Assembly (NCBI GenBank): GCA_043813365.1
Contig: JBDRLB010000059.1
Span: forward strand, 1-26,346
Length of the DNA: 26,346 nt
Direction of reading: 5' to 3'
Origin: Candidatus Micrarchaeota archaeon
Lineage (GTDB): Archaea; Micrarchaeota; Micrarchaeia; Norongarragalinales; SBBD01
The notes beneath the pieces were generated by a model that saw nothing but the letters and a program-made list of their open reading frames with translations, had not been told where the DNA came from and did not search any database. Made by a program: the position numbers and the translations under genes. This document shows, piece by piece, positions 24,893-26,346 of the stretch (position 1 is the first letter of the stretch; each line of letters opens with the position of its first letter).

Positions 24893-26346
24893 TTATATTT
24901 CGCCGCGTCCGCCTCCCAGCCCCTGTTCCACCGGCGGGATTTCGATGGCAGAGGCATCCTCGCATGCATCGTTCAAAACTGTTGCGGCGTCGGCCGTGGT
25001 GCTTCCGGCTTTGACGGAATCAAAATTCCAATTCTGTTTGTTCCAGTCTGTTTTTGGGACTTCTCCTTTCTTCGCCGTATCCGCCTTTCCGGTGAACGGG
25101 TTTTTCTTGGTCATCATCTGAGAGATTAGGGGACAGGCTGCTGCAGCGAGCTGAATCTTGTAATTGTCCGGGGCTGCACGAGCAACGATAGTCATCGTCG
25201 TGCATGTTGAGAGGTCACCGATTGCGATTGCACTGATTGCGGATGCGATCGAATTGGCGTATTTCGCATATTCTGGATATTTGTATGTCGCGTAAAACGC
25301 TCCAGTAACAACGCCTCCGCCAATCAGATCCGGATTGCAGTTCTTGTCAATGCCCACATGGATTGCACCAAAAAGCTGCTTGCCGAGTGTAAGTGCATGC
25401 ACGTAGCTGATTTGCTTTGTGCATGTGGGAGTGCAGACGGGAGGCGTCGGCTTGCCCAAATAGGCGGGATCGGGCTTGCATACTTCTGCAGTAACCCTTG
25501 GGAAGGGCAATACTGCAGGGATGTCAAAGTTGAGGGGAACGCTGCCAACAAGGCACCCCGGACTTGTTGCTGCATTGCATTGCAAGCCGCATGCTTTTTC
25601 GCATTCTGGTGCGCATGCGCCTGCTGCAAGAGTGCACACTCCCGTACAAGCCGGGATGCAGGCATCATAGCAAAGCCAATACTCGGTCTGGACTTCGGCG
25701 TTAACTGCAGCGAGGCAAGCCTTCCCTGCAATTATCGCGGTTACGAACGTGCTGGGAACCGGAATTGGGAAGAGCTGCTTCTTTGTTGCAACTTGCTCCT
25801 GCGAGGCAAGGGAGGAGGTGGGATCGGAAACGACGCACTTCTTGTATCCCTGCAGGAAATCGCATAATGCAAGGGAGCCGCCGGTAAATGGGGAGTGGGT
25901 ATCGGTTGCCTCCAGATCGCGGGTGCTGCTGCTTTCAGGGCATTGGTCCTTCGGGTCTATGTAATTGAACTGGTACAGCCTTGCTATGCGCGCCTTGTAT
26001 TTCCAGTTCTTGTTGTCATAAGTGTAGGCCTGCACAACGTAAATTTTCGGGTTGCTGTTGTCGCAGCCGTAATTGGAGGCAGTATCCTCAACTTCTATTC
26101 CGGAAGGAAGCTGCGCGTTCTGAACAAGCCGGATCACAGTTGAGAATGTGAATGGCTTTTTGAGAATTTTGCTTGTGAGGTAATTGTCATTCCTCCGGAA
26201 AACAGTTGCAGCTGCAACTTTCTTCGCGGCATCCTTGAATTTATTGAATGCCTGCGATGCAGCCTGCGGGGTGCACCATTTGTAGCTGCAGCAAACGTAA
26301 TCGGAGCATGAAACTGCCCTTCCTCCCTGGTTGTCGATGTTCGGGA
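24893..26346 (-). CDS. C-terminal part of a large Cys-rich, probably surface/secreted protein (5' partial)
   Basis: Frame has no stop from 26137 to the window edge (..QGGRAVSCSDYVCCSYKWCTPQ..); many Cys, Thr/Ala/Pro-rich. Confidence 0.8.
   Translation of the reverse strand, partial: PNIDNQGGRAVSCSDYVCCSYKWCTPQAASQAFNKFKDAAKKVAAATVFRRNDNYLTSKILKKPFTFSTVIRLVQNAQLPSGIEVEDTASNYGCDNSNPKIYVVQAYTYDNKNWKYKARIARLYQFNYIDPKDQCPESSSTRDLEATDTHSPFTGGSLALCDFLQGYKKCVVSDPTSSLASQEQVATKKQLFPIPVPSTFVTAIIAGKACLAAVNAEVQTEYWLCYDACIPACTGVCTLAAGACAPECEKACGLQCNAATSPGCLVGSVPLNFDIPAVLPFPRVTAEVCKPDPAYLGKPTPPVCTPTCTKQISYVHALTLGKQLFGAIHVGIDKNCNPDLIGGGVVTGAFYATYKYPEYAKYANSIASAISAIAIGDLSTCTTMTIVARAAPDNYKIQLAAAACPLISQMMTKKNPFTGKADTAKKGEVPKTDWNKQNWNFDSVKAGSTTADAATVLNDACEDASAIEIPPVEQGLGGGRGEI

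Noticed and set aside
24877..24969. N-terminal extension of Trm1
   Set aside because: Overlaps the end of the upstream Cys-rich gene; family similarity starts at MQKTKF
1..26346. CRISPR array, rRNA, integrase, transposase or intein
   Set aside because: No spaced repeats or such sequences seen; core proteins are of normal length

Overview
Gene-dense archaeal window, probably DPANN/Micrarchaeota-like (inferred from gene content, short AT-rich TATA promoters and intron-containing tRNA). Core genes: EndoQ, top6A/top6B, Dim2/Pno1 KH protein, TruD, TrmI, Tmk, enolase, Nre, Trm1, tRNA-Lys(CUU) and an elongator tRNA-Met(CAU) with two BHB-type introns, the first carrying a C/D-box-like guide aimed at its own C34. 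Accessory parts: a urea transporter plus MazEF-type TA pair, a PAP2-phosphatase/dolichol-kinase fusion, several surface or secreted proteins and the 3' end of a large Cys-rich protein. The most striking locus is the 5' cluster (151-3772): stand-alone receiver domain, UbiA prenyltransferase, a translationally coupled 55-aa peptide ending ...LKWED (not listed separately in the ORF track), V4R protein, KaiC-like ATPase and Lrp regulator. It resembles a ComQ/ComX-like prenylated-peptide signalling system built from archaeal parts; this is a hypothesis.
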